The notes: generated from the sequence alone by a model not told the origin. Shown: positions 9,091 through 20,042, counted from the stretch's first letter. The stretch: 64,000 bases of DNA from an uncultured delta proteobacterium (GCA_963740905.1 CAVUFY010000008.1:190444-254443), one strand, 5' to 3'. Made by a program: numbers and translations.

Positions 9091-10302
9091 ATGGAGAGTC
9101 TGGTTGGCGTCTCACCGAACAACAAACCACACAAAAGCGATTCGGCCTACGATACGTGGGGAATTCTGTTTCTCGCATCGATTTTTTTTCTGTCCTATAA
9201 CGGACGTTCCGTCACCGGTCCTTTGCTTCCCAGCCTTGAGCTTGACCTCGGCCTCAACCACACGGAGAGTGCAGGGCTCTTCATCTACCTGTTTCTGGGT
9301 TTCGTGGTATCTCTCCTGGGCTCAAGCTTCGTATCATCCCTGATCGGTCATCGCCGAACGATCGTCCTTTCCGCCGTCGCTGTGGGCCTGACCCTGATGG
9401 CTGTCGCCGGAAGCCGTTCGATGTGGGCTTTATGCATCGGTTTGATAGCGACAGGCTTGGCCTCAGGGCTGTACATCCCTTCCGGCATCCCGGCCTTGAC
9501 CAAGCTTGCAAAACCGGCCCACTGGGGCAGAGCCATAGGGATCCATGATATGGCTCCCAATCTGAGCATTGTGGCGGCGCCTGCTCTGGCTGCAATCCTG
9601 CTCCACTGGATATCGTGGAGAGGCGTTTACTTTGTGTTCGGAATCATCGCGGTTTTCGTGGGATTGACGTTTATCCGGTTCGGACCGCAGGTGCCCGGCC
9701 GAGGTCAGACTCCGGACCCGATCACGCTCAAATCGCTCCTGGGTGAATCTCAGTTATGGATGATCTGTATCCTCTTCAGCGTGGGGTCTGCCGGATTGAT
9801 AGGCATCTACAACATGCTCCCTCTTTATCTTACCACTGTCCATCATTTCGATCCCTCTTCAGCCAACCTGATCGTCGCCCTGTCTCGCGTTCCGGGCATC
9901 GGAATGGTTCTCATAGCTGGATGGAGCGTGGATCGCGTAGGACCGCGCAAGGCGATCGCCGTTTCTCTAGCCTGCTCCGGTGCGCTGGCTGTGATGATCG
10001 GGGTGGAGTCAGGCGCGCCGTTGATGGCGGCGATTTTTGTTCAGGCGGTCGCGGCCGCCTGTTTTTTCCCTGCTGCTTTGGCTGCAATATCCCTTCTGTT
10101 TCCTTTTGAGTTGAGAAGCCCGGTGACAGCAATGGCGGCCGTTTTTTCCAACCTGGTGGGATCAGGGCTCATATCCGCTTTGATGGGGCTTTTAGCCGAC
10201 TATGGAATGTTCAGGACAGGGGTGGTACTCAATGGGGTTATCGTTCTGGCCGGACTTCCGGCCCTCTTCTTCCTGAAGGTCGGAAGAAACGCTGAATTCT
10301 GA
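9091..10302 (+). CDS. MFS transporter
   Basis: About 12 TM segments, GWSVDRVGPR motif, WGRAIGIH; 403 aa. Confidence 0.85.
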   Translation: MESLVGVSPNNKPHKSDSAYDTWGILFLASIFFLSYNGRSVTGPLLPSLELDLGLNHTESAGLFIYLFLGFVVSLLGSSFVSSLIGHRRTIVLSAVAVGLTLMAVAGSRSMWALCIGLIATGLASGLYIPSGIPALTKLAKPAHWGRAIGIHDMAPNLSIVAAPALAAILLHWISWRGVYFVFGIIAVFVGLTFIRFGPQVPGRGQTPDPITLKSLLGESQLWMICILFSVGSAGLIGIYNMLPLYLTTVHHFDPSSANLIVALSRVPGIGMVLIAGWSVDRVGPRKAIAVSLACSGALAVMIGVESGAPLMAAIFVQAVAAACFFPAALAAISLLFPFELRSPVTAMAAVFSNLVGSGLISALMGLLADYGMFRTGVVLNGVIVLAGLPALFFLKVGRNAEF

Positions 10303-10330
10303 GAATTTGCAAAAGACCAGAAATTTCTGA

Positions 10331-13300
10331 ATGCCTTCGAAGCGCCTCAAAAGAATACCGATCATCGCTCTTGCAGGGATCGCAACGCTGATTCTTGCAG
10401 CCTACGTGGTCCTGCTGAACCTCGACTTCGACCGATTTAAGCCCCTGATCGTTGAGGCCGTGAAACAGACAACAGGCTTGGAACTCGTCCTTCATGGGAA
10501 CATCACGATAACACCCGGCTTCAACCTGAAGGTTGCTGTCGACAACGTAAACATCGGGGGTATTCCTTGGGAGTCACGGTCCGAGACGGCCACGGTTAAG
10601 CGCTGTGAAATGAGTCTGGCCCTTTCGCGCCTGATCAGAGGCTTTGTCCAGATCGATCGACTGGTTTTCATCGAGCCGGATGTCTTCATCGAGACCAGGG
10701 CGGCAGGAAAGATCAACATCCCGGAAACGGAGATCAACCGTCGGAAGCTGCCAAGCGGTGTGACCTCAGGCCGCATCCCGATTCTTCCTGTAAGAGAAGT
10801 ACAAGTGAAAAAAGGCCGCTTCTCCTACAAGAACGACTTTTCAGGCAAGATTTATTCTCTGAATGTGGAACGCCTTACCCTGACGGCTACAGACATGGGG
10901 AGTCAGGTCCGAATGGAAATCCTCGGATTGCTGAACGGCAGGCCGGTTGAAGCGGAAGGATCCCTGGGCTCGCCTGGCGCATCAATCGACTCCAACGATC
11001 CCTGGACGGTGAACTTGACAGCAAAGGCGGGAGACGCTGTGGCGAGCGTCCAGGGGACGATCAAAGACATGAGGAAGCTCAAAGGCATTTCATTGAAGAC
11101 CCATGTTCAGGGACCATCCATTTCCAGTGCCCTCTCCCTGGCTGGCATGCGGCTGGCCCAGGATCTCGGTTCCTTTTCTCTCGATGCCGCACTAAGTGAT
11201 CCTGAAGGCAGACTCTCCCTCGGTCCAATCAGTCTTCTCCTTGGCAGCGACAAGCTCGCTCTGATTCGCATCAACGGAACCATACAGGACCTTCCGGCCC
11301 GACAGGGAATCCACCTGGGGTTCGCGGCCCAATGTAAGGATTTATCCAGTCTGTCCCGGCTCTCTCCAAAACCGTTCCCGCTTCGAGGCCCCCTAGCGCT
11401 ATTTGGAACCATCGTTGATCCCGGTCCAGGGATTCTCAGCGTTCCCGACCTTCGAATCAGCCTCGGAGACAAAGACATCATCGGTTCGGTCCGATTGGAT
11501 TTGGCGGGTAAATTCCCGCGATCGAGCATAAAGATCGCTTGCCAGGACCTGGATCTTGGGAATTTCCTGCCGCCCGGCCCGGGAAAGTCGACCTGGGTTC
11601 ATGTCCTGAAAAGGATGGGGTTCATCGATTTAGCGCTCTCCGTGGCTGGCCCATATGGGCGACCGGTCGTTGAGGAACTCGATTTTCGTGCCGGAACCAT
11701 TGAGGGAGCAGCGCTGACAATCAGAGGAGCGATAAAGGACCCCTTGACCATGACCGGGATAGAAGCCGGCTTCAGTTTTCAGGGCAAGGACGCGGCCAAC
11801 CTGGAAAAGCTTTTCGGAAAACCCTTTGCACTCAAGGGCCCCTTTATGGTTTCAGGGCATATCAAGGATTCTTTGCAGAAGGTCCTCGCATGTGACGACC
11901 TCGAAGCAACGCTGGGGAGAAACGAAGTGACAGGTTTGGTGAAGTGGGATATGGCCGGCAAGAAGCCCCGGCTCGATGCAGCGCTTATTACCCAGAAGTT
12001 GGATCTGGAACCGGTCTTGCGGCCCAGGCTGGTAAGCTCGAAATTCTTGAGAGTTCTTCCGTCATTGGGGCCCGTCAGTCTGACGATCTCCATGTCCGAT
12101 CTTGCCGGGAAAGTCGCCGTGCAGAAAATGAAAGCTCATGTGGGGACCGACGATTTGGCCGCCCTGGACCTTAATGGTTCACTGCAGGATCTTTTGAGGC
12201 TACGGGGGATTCGGCTCGACTTGGCGGTCCGGGGTGGAGACGCAAACCGTCTGGAAAAAATTTTTGGAAGGCCGGTTCCTGTTAAGGGGCCTTTTTCCCT
12301 TTCCGGAGAGATTCTCGACACGGGCAGGGGAGAGTTCAGGATGAAAGACTTCCTGGCAACGCTGGGCGGCAACGAGTTGCGGGGTCAAGTGGCTTTCAGG
12401 CTGGGAAATGTTCCTTTTCGGATGATGGCGGAGCTTTCATCACAAAATTTCGATTTGCGCATGGTAGATGGAATGAAGAAAGCCCGTGGAGAGGTGCTTC
12501 ATGCCATCGGACCCTGGACGCTGGGTTTCACCCTTTTGAATGAAGGAGGCAAGCTTGTCGTCCCAAAGGCGAATCTCAGTGTCGAGATCCGAAACACGGC
12601 AGAAACGAAAATCAGCGGGGTTATCCAGGATCTCGTTGCATGGCAGGGCGTTGATGTTAAATTCTCTGTTCGTGGCCGAGACGTTAAGAGCCTGGAAAAG
12701 CTGACAGGCAAACCGGTGCGTTTAGGGGGTGCCTTCGCCCTCTCCGGCCGACTGGTCGATCCCAGAGCCGGAATCTACAGGGTTCGTGAGTTTCGCGGCC
12801 TCCTTGGCGACAATGACTTTAACGGTTCTTTCGAACTGGATCTCACAGGCAAACGGACGCATCTTTTCGCAGACTTCTCCTCCAGGGCCCTTGACCTGCG
12901 GCCCCTCTTCGCCAGGCCCAAGTCCAAGCCGAATCCGAAGAAAGACTCCGAGCATGGCAAGCCCAAAAAAGACACCAGAGTTTTACCCACCGAGCCCTTC
13001 CATTTGGAGTATTTCCATCTTCTGGACGGGGCGATAAAGTGGCGAGCCGAGCAAGTTCTGCTACCCCGTCTCACGCTCGAAAGGGTGACCGCTGACATTT
13101 CGCTTGAGGATGGCCATCTGCAATTGGATCCGTTTCAATGTGCCGTGGGAGGTGGCACCGCAAAGGGCCGGTTTGACCTGCAACCTCGGCTCAGGAAAGT
13201 CACCAGCAAACTGATTCTAAAGGCCTCCCGGGTCGATCTTGGCTCCGTGTCCGCAGAACTGGGAGTCAGAAAATTCCTCGAAGGGACCCTGGGGGCCAAT

Positions 13301-13972
13301 ATTAACGTGGAGGGACAGGGCGGTTCCATGGCGGAACTCGTGGGCGGCCTCAGCGGCACCGTTCTGCTCGCGGAGCGCGACGGCCGGGTCTATACGAGTG
13401 AGATCGATTTTCTCGGTTCTTCCCTGTTCAGTAAGGTTATTAAACTCATCAATCCCTTCAGTCAAAAGGAAAAGTATAGCGAGCTCTACTGTAACGTGCA
13501 GCACTTTGAGATCAAGAAGGGTTTGGCTGACTGCAGGACATGGCTTGCCGACACCAAGTACACTAATGTGAGGGGGGGCGGCAAGATTGACCTTCGCCGT
13601 GAGACGTTGGATCTCTTGTTCGCGCTGTCGCCGACCAACAGTGGCATCGGCATCAAGGGGATAGCCGGATTCGATCTGCCCTCCCTTACCAACTCATTTG
13701 AGGTCAAAGGGACTTTCGCCCGTCCCTCAATCAGCCTGAATCCAAGCGGAGCGGTGGAGGCCATAGGGAAGATGGTTGGGGGCTTCGCCCTCCTTGGTCC
13801 CCTCGGACTTGCCGCCGGATTGATTGACTTGAACGGAGGAAAAGAAAATCTTTGCCCTCAGGTTATGGAAGCCGTAGAGAAAGGTCACGATATTCCTGAA
13901 GAGATAGAGAGGCAATCCCCGTCCCGCGTCCATCCACCTCCTTTTCCTCCCATGAACGACGGAGGGTATTGA
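10331..13972 (+). CDS. AsmA-family protein with internal repeats (1213 aa)
   Basis: N-terminal anchor followed by the DFDRFKPLIVEAVKQTTGLEL AsmA start, repeated beta-rich units ending in LDL/FDL, and a C-terminal AsmA-like region. Confidence 0.85.
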   Translation: MPSKRLKRIPIIALAGIATLILAAYVVLLNLDFDRFKPLIVEAVKQTTGLELVLHGNITITPGFNLKVAVDNVNIGGIPWESRSETATVKRCEMSLALSRLIRGFVQIDRLVFIEPDVFIETRAAGKINIPETEINRRKLPSGVTSGRIPILPVREVQVKKGRFSYKNDFSGKIYSLNVERLTLTATDMGSQVRMEILGLLNGRPVEAEGSLGSPGASIDSNDPWTVNLTAKAGDAVASVQGTIKDMRKLKGISLKTHVQGPSISSALSLAGMRLAQDLGSFSLDAALSDPEGRLSLGPISLLLGSDKLALIRINGTIQDLPARQGIHLGFAAQCKDLSSLSRLSPKPFPLRGPLALFGTIVDPGPGILSVPDLRISLGDKDIIGSVRLDLAGKFPRSSIKIACQDLDLGNFLPPGPGKSTWVHVLKRMGFIDLALSVAGPYGRPVVEELDFRAGTIEGAALTIRGAIKDPLTMTGIEAGFSFQGKDAANLEKLFGKPFALKGPFMVSGHIKDSLQKVLACDDLEATLGRNEVTGLVKWDMAGKKPRLDAALITQKLDLEPVLRPRLVSSKFLRVLPSLGPVSLTISMSDLAGKVAVQKMKAHVGTDDLAALDLNGSLQDLLRLRGIRLDLAVRGGDANRLEKIFGRPVPVKGPFSLSGEILDTGRGEFRMKDFLATLGGNELRGQVAFRLGNVPFRMMAELSSQNFDLRMVDGMKKARGEVLHAIGPWTLGFTLLNEGGKLVVPKANLSVEIRNTAETKISGVIQDLVAWQGVDVKFSVRGRDVKSLEKLTGKPVRLGGAFALSGRLVDPRAGIYRVREFRGLLGDNDFNGSFELDLTGKRTHLFADFSSRALDLRPLFARPKSKPNPKKDSEHGKPKKDTRVLPTEPFHLEYFHLLDGAIKWRAEQVLLPRLTLERVTADISLEDGHLQLDPFQCAVGGGTAKGRFDLQPRLRKVTSKLILKASRVDLGSVSAELGVRKFLEGTLGANINVEGQGGSMAELVGGLSGTVLLAERDGRVYTSEIDFLGSSLFSKVIKLINPFSQKEKYSELYCNVQHFEIKKGLADCRTWLADTKYTNVRGGGKIDLRRETLDLLFALSPTNSGIGIKGIAGFDLPSLTNSFEVKGTFARPSISLNPSGAVEAIGKMVGGFALLGPLGLAAGLIDLNGGKENLCPQVMEAVEKGHDIPEEIERQSPSRVHPPPFPPMNDGGY

Positions 13973-14012
13973 GCGCAAAGGGCCGGGTTCTTCTCTGAAG
14001 TGACTAGCGGGA

Positions 14013-14130
14013 GGGCGCTGTCTTTTCACGGCTTATCTGTGGGGGAAACCCCTGGCCCCGAGAGAAGTCGAGGGGAACAGCGGGAGGGGGCAGAACTCCC
14101 CCATAGATAAGCCGTTGAAAAGACCAGCCC
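14013..14130. repeat. Long inverted repeat (about 33-nt imperfect arms) between convergent asmA and gpmA
   Basis: TCTTTTCACGGCTTATCTGTGGGGG (14021-14045) pairs with CCCCCATAGATAAGCCGTTGAAAAGA (14098-14123). Confidence 0.75.
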
Positions 14131-14184
14131 GGAAGCTTCGGAACGGAAGAAAAGGACCCAGCCCTTTCCGTGTACGGGCTGAAC

Positions 14185-14934
<750 letters not shown>

Positions 14935-14939
14935 GACTG

Positions 14940-15674
14940 TCACTCCTCTCTTGACGGTTCGGAAAATGACTGGCTTCGGGTTTTGTTGAATCCCTTCTTG
15001 ATGATTCCTATCGCCCTTTCAACGGAATCGGTAGGGTGAATGAGCTTAAGGTCGGAAGCCTGTATGGTCCCTTCGGAGACCAGAGTGCTCTGGATGAACT
15101 CGCCCAGTTTTTTCCAAAACTCTCCTCCCATGGCCACGATGGGGAAATACTCCAGCTTGCCCGTTTGCATCAGAGTAATGGTCTCAAAAACTTCATCTAG
15201 CGTGCCGAATCCTCCCGGCATGACAACAAAGGCCTGCGAGTATTTCACGAGCATTACTTTCCTCACAAAGAAATGTTCGAACTCCACGAAACGATCGAGA
15301 TATGGGTTCGTCTTCTGTTCCGTCACGAGCCGGATGTTGCATCCAATGCTCATTCCCCCTGCCTCCTTTGCGCCGCGGTTGGCCGCCTCCATGATGCCGG
15401 GGCCTCCTCCGGTCATGACGGTAAAGCCTTCCTGGGCAAGCCTGAAGCCGAGATGACGGGCCAGTTCGTAGTAGGGATGCTTCTTCTTAAACCGTGCGCT
15501 TCCAAATACCGTGACGCATTTCCCGACTCCTTCAAGCCTCTGAAAGCCTCGAACGAACTCGAGAAAAATCCGTCCCGCACTCGCCAGTTCTTCGGGATTC
15601 TCCCGGCTGCCTCTGAGAAAAGCCTTTTCCTCTTCATCGTGCAGCGAAACGTACCAGTCAACCAGCCTGTCCAT
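14940..15674 (-). CDS. LOG family protein (TIGR00730-like nucleotide phosphoribohydrolase)
   Basis: [30 protein letters not shown] motifs. Confidence 0.92.
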   Translation of the reverse strand: MDRLVDWYVSLHDEEEKAFLRGSRENPEELASAGRIFLEFVRGFQRLEGVGKCVTVFGSARFKKKHPYYELARHLGFRLAQEGFTVMTGGGPGIMEAANRGAKEAGGMSIGCNIRLVTEQKTNPYLDRFVEFEHFFVRKVMLVKYSQAFVVMPGGFGTLDEVFETITLMQTGKLEYFPIVAMGGEFWKKLGEFIQSTLVSEGTIQASDLKLIHPTDSVERAIGIIKKGFNKTRSQSFSEPSREE

Positions 15675-15704
15675 CTTTCATTCCTTTACCCTAACGCAGG
15701 CTTG

Positions 15705-15737
15705 CGGCCGCAACCAAATCTCTGACCGAATAACGAA
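15705..15737 (+). repeat. Repeat family C end motif (CGAA heptads)
   Basis: CGGCCGCAACCAAATCTCTGACCGAATAACGAA matches 62681-62713 at 31 of 33 positions. Confidence 0.75.
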
Positions 15738-15802
15738 GTGGGTACCGGGAAGTCTTCCTTTCTGCCGAGTCATGAATTCTTTCATGGCCGTGCACATTCG
15801 AA

Positions 15803-17092
15803 TCAGATCATCTCGCCTGGTTGCCCTGTGGCCGACAGCACCGTACTCCAGAACCTCCCGCTGGGAATTATTCTCCTCCGGCCTGAAGCGGCCAGCCGAA
15901 CCGGGACGTGGGTATAGTCCCTCTTCCAAAATCCTACAATCATGTTTGTTCGACCTGCCATGCCCGCATGAACGGCATGTCGGCCCAGCAGGAGACAAAA
16001 AACAGAATCTCGCGGGCTCGCAGGCAGACTCCTGATCGTATAGCTCGGGTCGATATACTTGAGATTCGCCTCCATCCCGATTTTCTTAAAGTAGCCATTG
16101 ATCTTCTCTTTCAGGAAAAGGCCAATATCGCCGAAACGCGTATTGCCCGAGGCGTCACATTCTCCCGTGTCTCTCATCAAATTCTGGCCTGCCCCTTCTC
16201 CTACCACAGCCACTGCGTGTCCCCGTGTTTCCAACCTTTCTTTCAGCGCTCGCAGGAATCCCTCAAGAGTAAAGGGCGCCTCCGGCACCAAGCAGAAGTT
16301 GACATCAGTGTTGGCAAGGGTTGCGTAGGCAGCGATAAAACCTGATTCCCGGCCCATCAGTTTCACCAGGCCGATGCCGTTCCGTGCGCCTGTGGCTTCC
16401 GTATGAGCGGCTTCGATTGCTATCCTTGATGCGGCGACAGCGGTTTCGAACCCGAATGAGGCGTCCACAAAGGAAATGTCATTGTCTATGGTCTTCGGGA
16501 TGCCGATCACCCCGATCTTTAGGCGCCGACAGTCGATTTCCTGTCCAATGGCCTGGGCGCCGCGAAGTGTCCCGTCTCCGCCGATGGTAAAGAGAAGGCC
16601 CACATTCATTTGCTCCAGTGTATCCACCATTTCGGAAACCTCCTGCGGTCCCCGGGACGAAGCGAGAATCGATCCCCCCATCCGGTGAATGTCCTTCACC
16701 ATTTCCGGGGTTAATTCGAGAGGAGTGTGACCGTACCGGTACGATAGACCTTCGAACCCATAACGAAAGCCGAACACCGTCTTCACCCCATAGTGATAGA
16801 AGAGTCCCAGCACAATGGCGCGGATCACATCATTAAGGCCCGGACACAGACCGCCGCAGGTCACGATGCCGCACTTGAGTTTTGAGGGATCAAAGTAAAT
16901 CTTTTTTCTGGGTCCGGCCAATTCGAATCGCGGTGGCTCCTTGTCCGCACAGAAGTATGACCTGAATTCTTCCGCTCGGTCATGATAAAGCACATGCTCA
17001 TCGTCTCCCACAAACTGATCCGTCTGCATTGGCGAAGGGATGTGGCACTCTCCCAGCCGGGGAATCGTAAGATCCAAATCAATATCTAGCAT
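15803..17092 (-). CDS. pfkA: ATP-dependent 6-phosphofructokinase (GGDG / PKTIDND type)
   Basis: TCGGLCPGLNDVI, GGDGTLRG, PKTIDND, KLMGRESGF; SD GAGGAGG before ATG 17092. Confidence 0.93.
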   Translation of the reverse strand: MLDIDLDLTIPRLGECHIPSPMQTDQFVGDDEHVLYHDRAEEFRSYFCADKEPPRFELAGPRKKIYFDPSKLKCGIVTCGGLCPGLNDVIRAIVLGLFYHYGVKTVFGFRYGFEGLSYRYGHTPLELTPEMVKDIHRMGGSILASSRGPQEVSEMVDTLEQMNVGLLFTIGGDGTLRGAQAIGQEIDCRRLKIGVIGIPKTIDNDISFVDASFGFETAVAASRIAIEAAHTEATGARNGIGLVKLMGRESGFIAAYATLANTDVNFCLVPEAPFTLEGFLRALKERLETRGHAVAVVGEGAGQNLMRDTGECDASGNTRFGDIGLFLKEKINGYFKKIGMEANLKYIDPSYTIRSLPASPRDSVFCLLLGRHAVHAGMAGRTNMIVGFWKRDYTHVPVRLAASGRRRIIPSGRFWSTVLSATGQPGEMI

Positions 17093-17110
17093 ACGAAGCC
17101 TCCTCAAAAA

Positions 17111-18547
17111 TTACGCCACTCTTTTCAGGTCAATGATCTCCATCCTGTTATTCACCTCCGGATGTTTCGAAGACGGCCCCTCCGTGAGAATCACAAGGTC
17201 GCCTTCTATTCCGTGCTCCTGAAGCCACCCCCGCGCAAAAGCCTTCCAGTCCTCCGGATGATCCTGCTCGCACACCGGGAAGACCCCGTAGGTATATTGA
17301 AGTCGCTGGCATGTCGCTTCCTGAGAACTCACTCCCAGAATCCATACAGGAAGCCTGTAACGCGCAACACTCCTGGCCGTAGCTCCGCTGTGAGTGGGTA
17401 CGATGACCAGCGCAGGAGCGACACGACTCAAGATGGTTTCTACGCTCGACGCAATCAAATCCGTCAAGCTTATCCTTTTCCCTCCGTCGGCTTCTCTTAA
17501 CTCCTCCCTGAAACTCACTGCAGGGCGATGAGGTTCAATGGCCGCAGCGATTTTAGCCATCATGGCCACGGATTCAACAGGGTATTGCCCCATGGCGGAC
17601 TCTTCTGAAAGCATCACGCAGTCCGTACCGTCCAGGATCGCGTTGGCCACATCGGTTGCTTCGGCCCGGGTCGGCCGCCGATAGGTTGTCATGGACTCCA
17701 GCATCTGCGTCGCCGTGATGACGGGTTTTCCCAGCAGATTCGCCTGGCGCATCAACCGCTTTTGGACCACCGCCATTTGCTCGATGGGTATTTCGACGCC
17801 CAGGTCCCCACGAGCGATCATGATCCCGTCCGCTTCATCGAGGATGCCATCCATTCGATCAAGTGCCCTTTTCCGCTCGATCTTGGCGAAAATGATGGGA
17901 TGATGCCCTAATTGATCGGCGGCCTTGCGGACGGCGGCAACATCCTCTCCGGATTCTACAAAGGACTGGCTTACCGTATCCACGCCTTGTTCCAGGGCGA
18001 ACTCAAGGCACTCCCGATCCCGATCGGTGAAGGCCGCCATTCCTAGATCGATCCCAGGCAGATTGAGTCCTTTCCTGGATCTGAGTTCACCTCCGACCAC
18101 GACCCGGCACCGGACTTCCTCTCCTCCTGCCTCAGTGACTTCGAGCTGGATAAATCCGTCGTTCAGGTAGAGCGCGTCTCCAGGTCTGACGGCTTTTGGA
18201 AGACGGGAAAAGCTCACCGAGGCACCGGACGCATCGCCAAGGATTTCTTTGGTGGTGAGGGTGAAAGGATCGCCTTCCTTGAGTTGCACAGGTTCTTCTT
18301 TGAGCTTTCCGATTCGCACTTTAGGTCCGCTCAAATCGGCCATGACGGCAATGCGACGGCCCGTGCTCTTGGAAGCCGCCCGGAGTGTTTCCATCGTTTT
18401 TCTGTGCCCCTCAAAATCTCCATGGGAAAAATTGAGGCGAGCTACATTCATCCCTGCCAGCAGCATTTTTTCCATCACTTCTTGTGATCCGGATGCAGGC
18501 CCAATGGTGCAAACGATCTTTGTCTTGTTCTGCGGTAGTCCCTTCAA
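17111..18547 (-). CDS. pyk: Pyruvate kinase
   Basis: KTKIVCTIGPAS, ARLNFSHG, IMIARGDLGVE, ATQMLESM, DVANAILDGTDCVMLSEESA. Confidence 0.97.
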   Translation of the reverse strand: MKGLPQNKTKIVCTIGPASGSQEVMEKMLLAGMNVARLNFSHGDFEGHRKTMETLRAASKSTGRRIAVMADLSGPKVRIGKLKEEPVQLKEGDPFTLTTKEILGDASGASVSFSRLPKAVRPGDALYLNDGFIQLEVTEAGGEEVRCRVVVGGELRSRKGLNLPGIDLGMAAFTDRDRECLEFALEQGVDTVSQSFVESGEDVAAVRKAADQLGHHPIIFAKIERKRALDRMDGILDEADGIMIARGDLGVEIPIEQMAVVQKRLMRQANLLGKPVITATQMLESMTTYRRPTRAEATDVANAILDGTDCVMLSEESAMGQYPVESVAMMAKIAAAIEPHRPAVSFREELREADGGKRISLTDLIASSVETILSRVAPALVIVPTHSGATARSVARYRLPVWILGVSSQEATCQRLQYTYGVFPVCEQDHPEDWKAFARGWLQEHGIEGDLVILTEGPSSKHPEVNNRMEIIDLKRVA

Positions 18548-18947
18548 TCTGCTCCCCCTATGCGTAGATTGCCATAATCCAACATCAAGGCATCATCTGC
18601 GGCGTTGCCTTCGTTCACTCCTCCTTGGCGCCTAACATCTGATGCCTTTCTCGCTGGTGATCAGAAACGCCTCCGAAGAGTGTGATTAGAATAGAGAACC
18701 CGGAATTAGACGGTGGATTTCGGGTTGCCTCCCAGGTTGTTCCCCTAAATACCCCGAGGGCATTCATGCCTGGGTAGTAAAGCATCTCCTTCGATATCGA
18801 AGAGGGCAACAACGATTTTGGACACTCTCGACGCTACCTGCTGCGACAGGCAATCTATCAGAAGATGGACCCGCCCTCAATGTCAATAGCGTCAAATCCC
18901 CATTTGAAACGAAACTGACATCGTATTCTCCGCTCATTCCAAGCCGT

Positions 18948-20006
18948 TCATCTTTGCCTTCCCAGCAGCTTCGAACAGCCCTTGCAGAAAGAAGGCGGAT
19001 CCCTTTTGTCGAATGATCGTCGAAATGAGAAATAGTCCTTTTCCCTCCAGAGGGCGGAAACCGGTGCCTCGTTGATGTTTCCAAAGACCATTCTCCGGTA
19101 CGGCACTCTTTTCCCGCTCTGGATGCACGTTTCCCGGGATATCTGTAGATTCACATAAACACATGGAGTCACGGCTCCGTCAGAAGAAACGCACACCGCC
19201 CGCTGGACGTTTTCGGTGCAGACGCGCCTCTTCACCCCCAGATAGGGAATGTGGTAGCGAAAATGGAGAGCATCGAGACGGGCGCAGAGCCCTTCATACT
19301 CCTCCTTGCTGGAGGGTACAAACGCCTCCTTTTCAAGGTCTTCTGAAGGGACGAAGTCAAGTGTGCTCACTACGACCTGGCCCACACCTAAACCTTCCAG
19401 AAGGGAGGGCAACCTTTCCAAGTCATCCAGGGAAGAACGAAAGAGCATGTACGCGATGTGAATGTCAGGCGTAGAACTCCCTATCTCTTTTTTTTGTCGT
19501 TGGATTCTCCGGATGGATTCCAGGATTCTCTTGAGGTTCGTCCCTTTCCGGATGAGGTCGTTGTTTTCTCCGGTTCCTGCCAAGGAAAAGGCGATAACGT
19601 CCACGCCGCTTTCAATCAACCGGTCCGTTCTTTCTGCATTAAGGATCATGCCGTTCGTCGTGGTCCCCACCCTGCATCCTGACGTCTTTGCCACAGCGAC
19701 CATCTCGAAGAAATCAGGATGCAGGAATGGTTCTCCCCATCCCTGCAGATGAACGTAGCGGGTTCTGGCAAAGGCCGGTTCCAGCTTTTTGAACATCTCC
19801 AAAGGAAGGTGCCGGTCCTGCCAGGAATCCTCGTAGATTGTGCGAGGGCAGTAAATGCAGGCGGCGTTGCAAGCCGTCGTTACCTCCACCTGGATCCAGT
19901 CCCATTTAGGCTGAAACAAAGAGAGAATTCTTTTAAATTTCAACGGAGCTATTCCTTCGGCGCCACCATATGGCTGTAAGACAAGAAACGCTGTTGCGAA
20001 AGGCAC
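18948..20006 (-). CDS. Radical SAM/SPASM-domain protein (start uncertain)
   Basis: CNAACIYC (CxxxCxxC), QGWGEPFLHP, TTNG, C-terminal C...DGAVTPC...FCKGC. Confidence 0.88.
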   Translation of the reverse strand: MPFATAFLVLQPYGGAEGIAPLKFKRILSLFQPKWDWIQVEVTTACNAACIYCPRTIYEDSWQDRHLPLEMFKKLEPAFARTRYVHLQGWGEPFLHPDFFEMVAVAKTSGCRVGTTTNGMILNAERTDRLIESGVDVIAFSLAGTGENNDLIRKGTNLKRILESIRRIQRQKKEIGSSTPDIHIAYMLFRSSLDDLERLPSLLEGLGVGQVVVSTLDFVPSEDLEKEAFVPSSKEEYEGLCARLDALHFRYHIPYLGVKRRVCTENVQRAVCVSSDGAVTPCVYVNLQISRETCIQSGKRVPYRRMVFGNINEAPVSALWREKDYFSFRRSFDKRDPPSFCKGCSKLLGRQR

Positions 20007-20011
20007 TAAAG

Positions 20012-20042
20012 ACGAAGGGCGACATCAGTCGTCGCCCTTCGT
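20012..20042 (-). terminator. Probable intrinsic terminator
   Basis: Perfect 12-bp stem ACGAAGGGCGAC/GTCGCCCTTCGT with a 7-nt loop, followed by CTTT on the minus strand, downstream of the small membrane gene. Confidence 0.55.

Noticed and set aside
18615-18812. 65-aa ORF between the radical SAM gene and pyk, considered as a RiPP precursor for the SPASM enzyme
   Set aside because: No convincing SD, no precursor-like composition, and no peptidase or transporter context.
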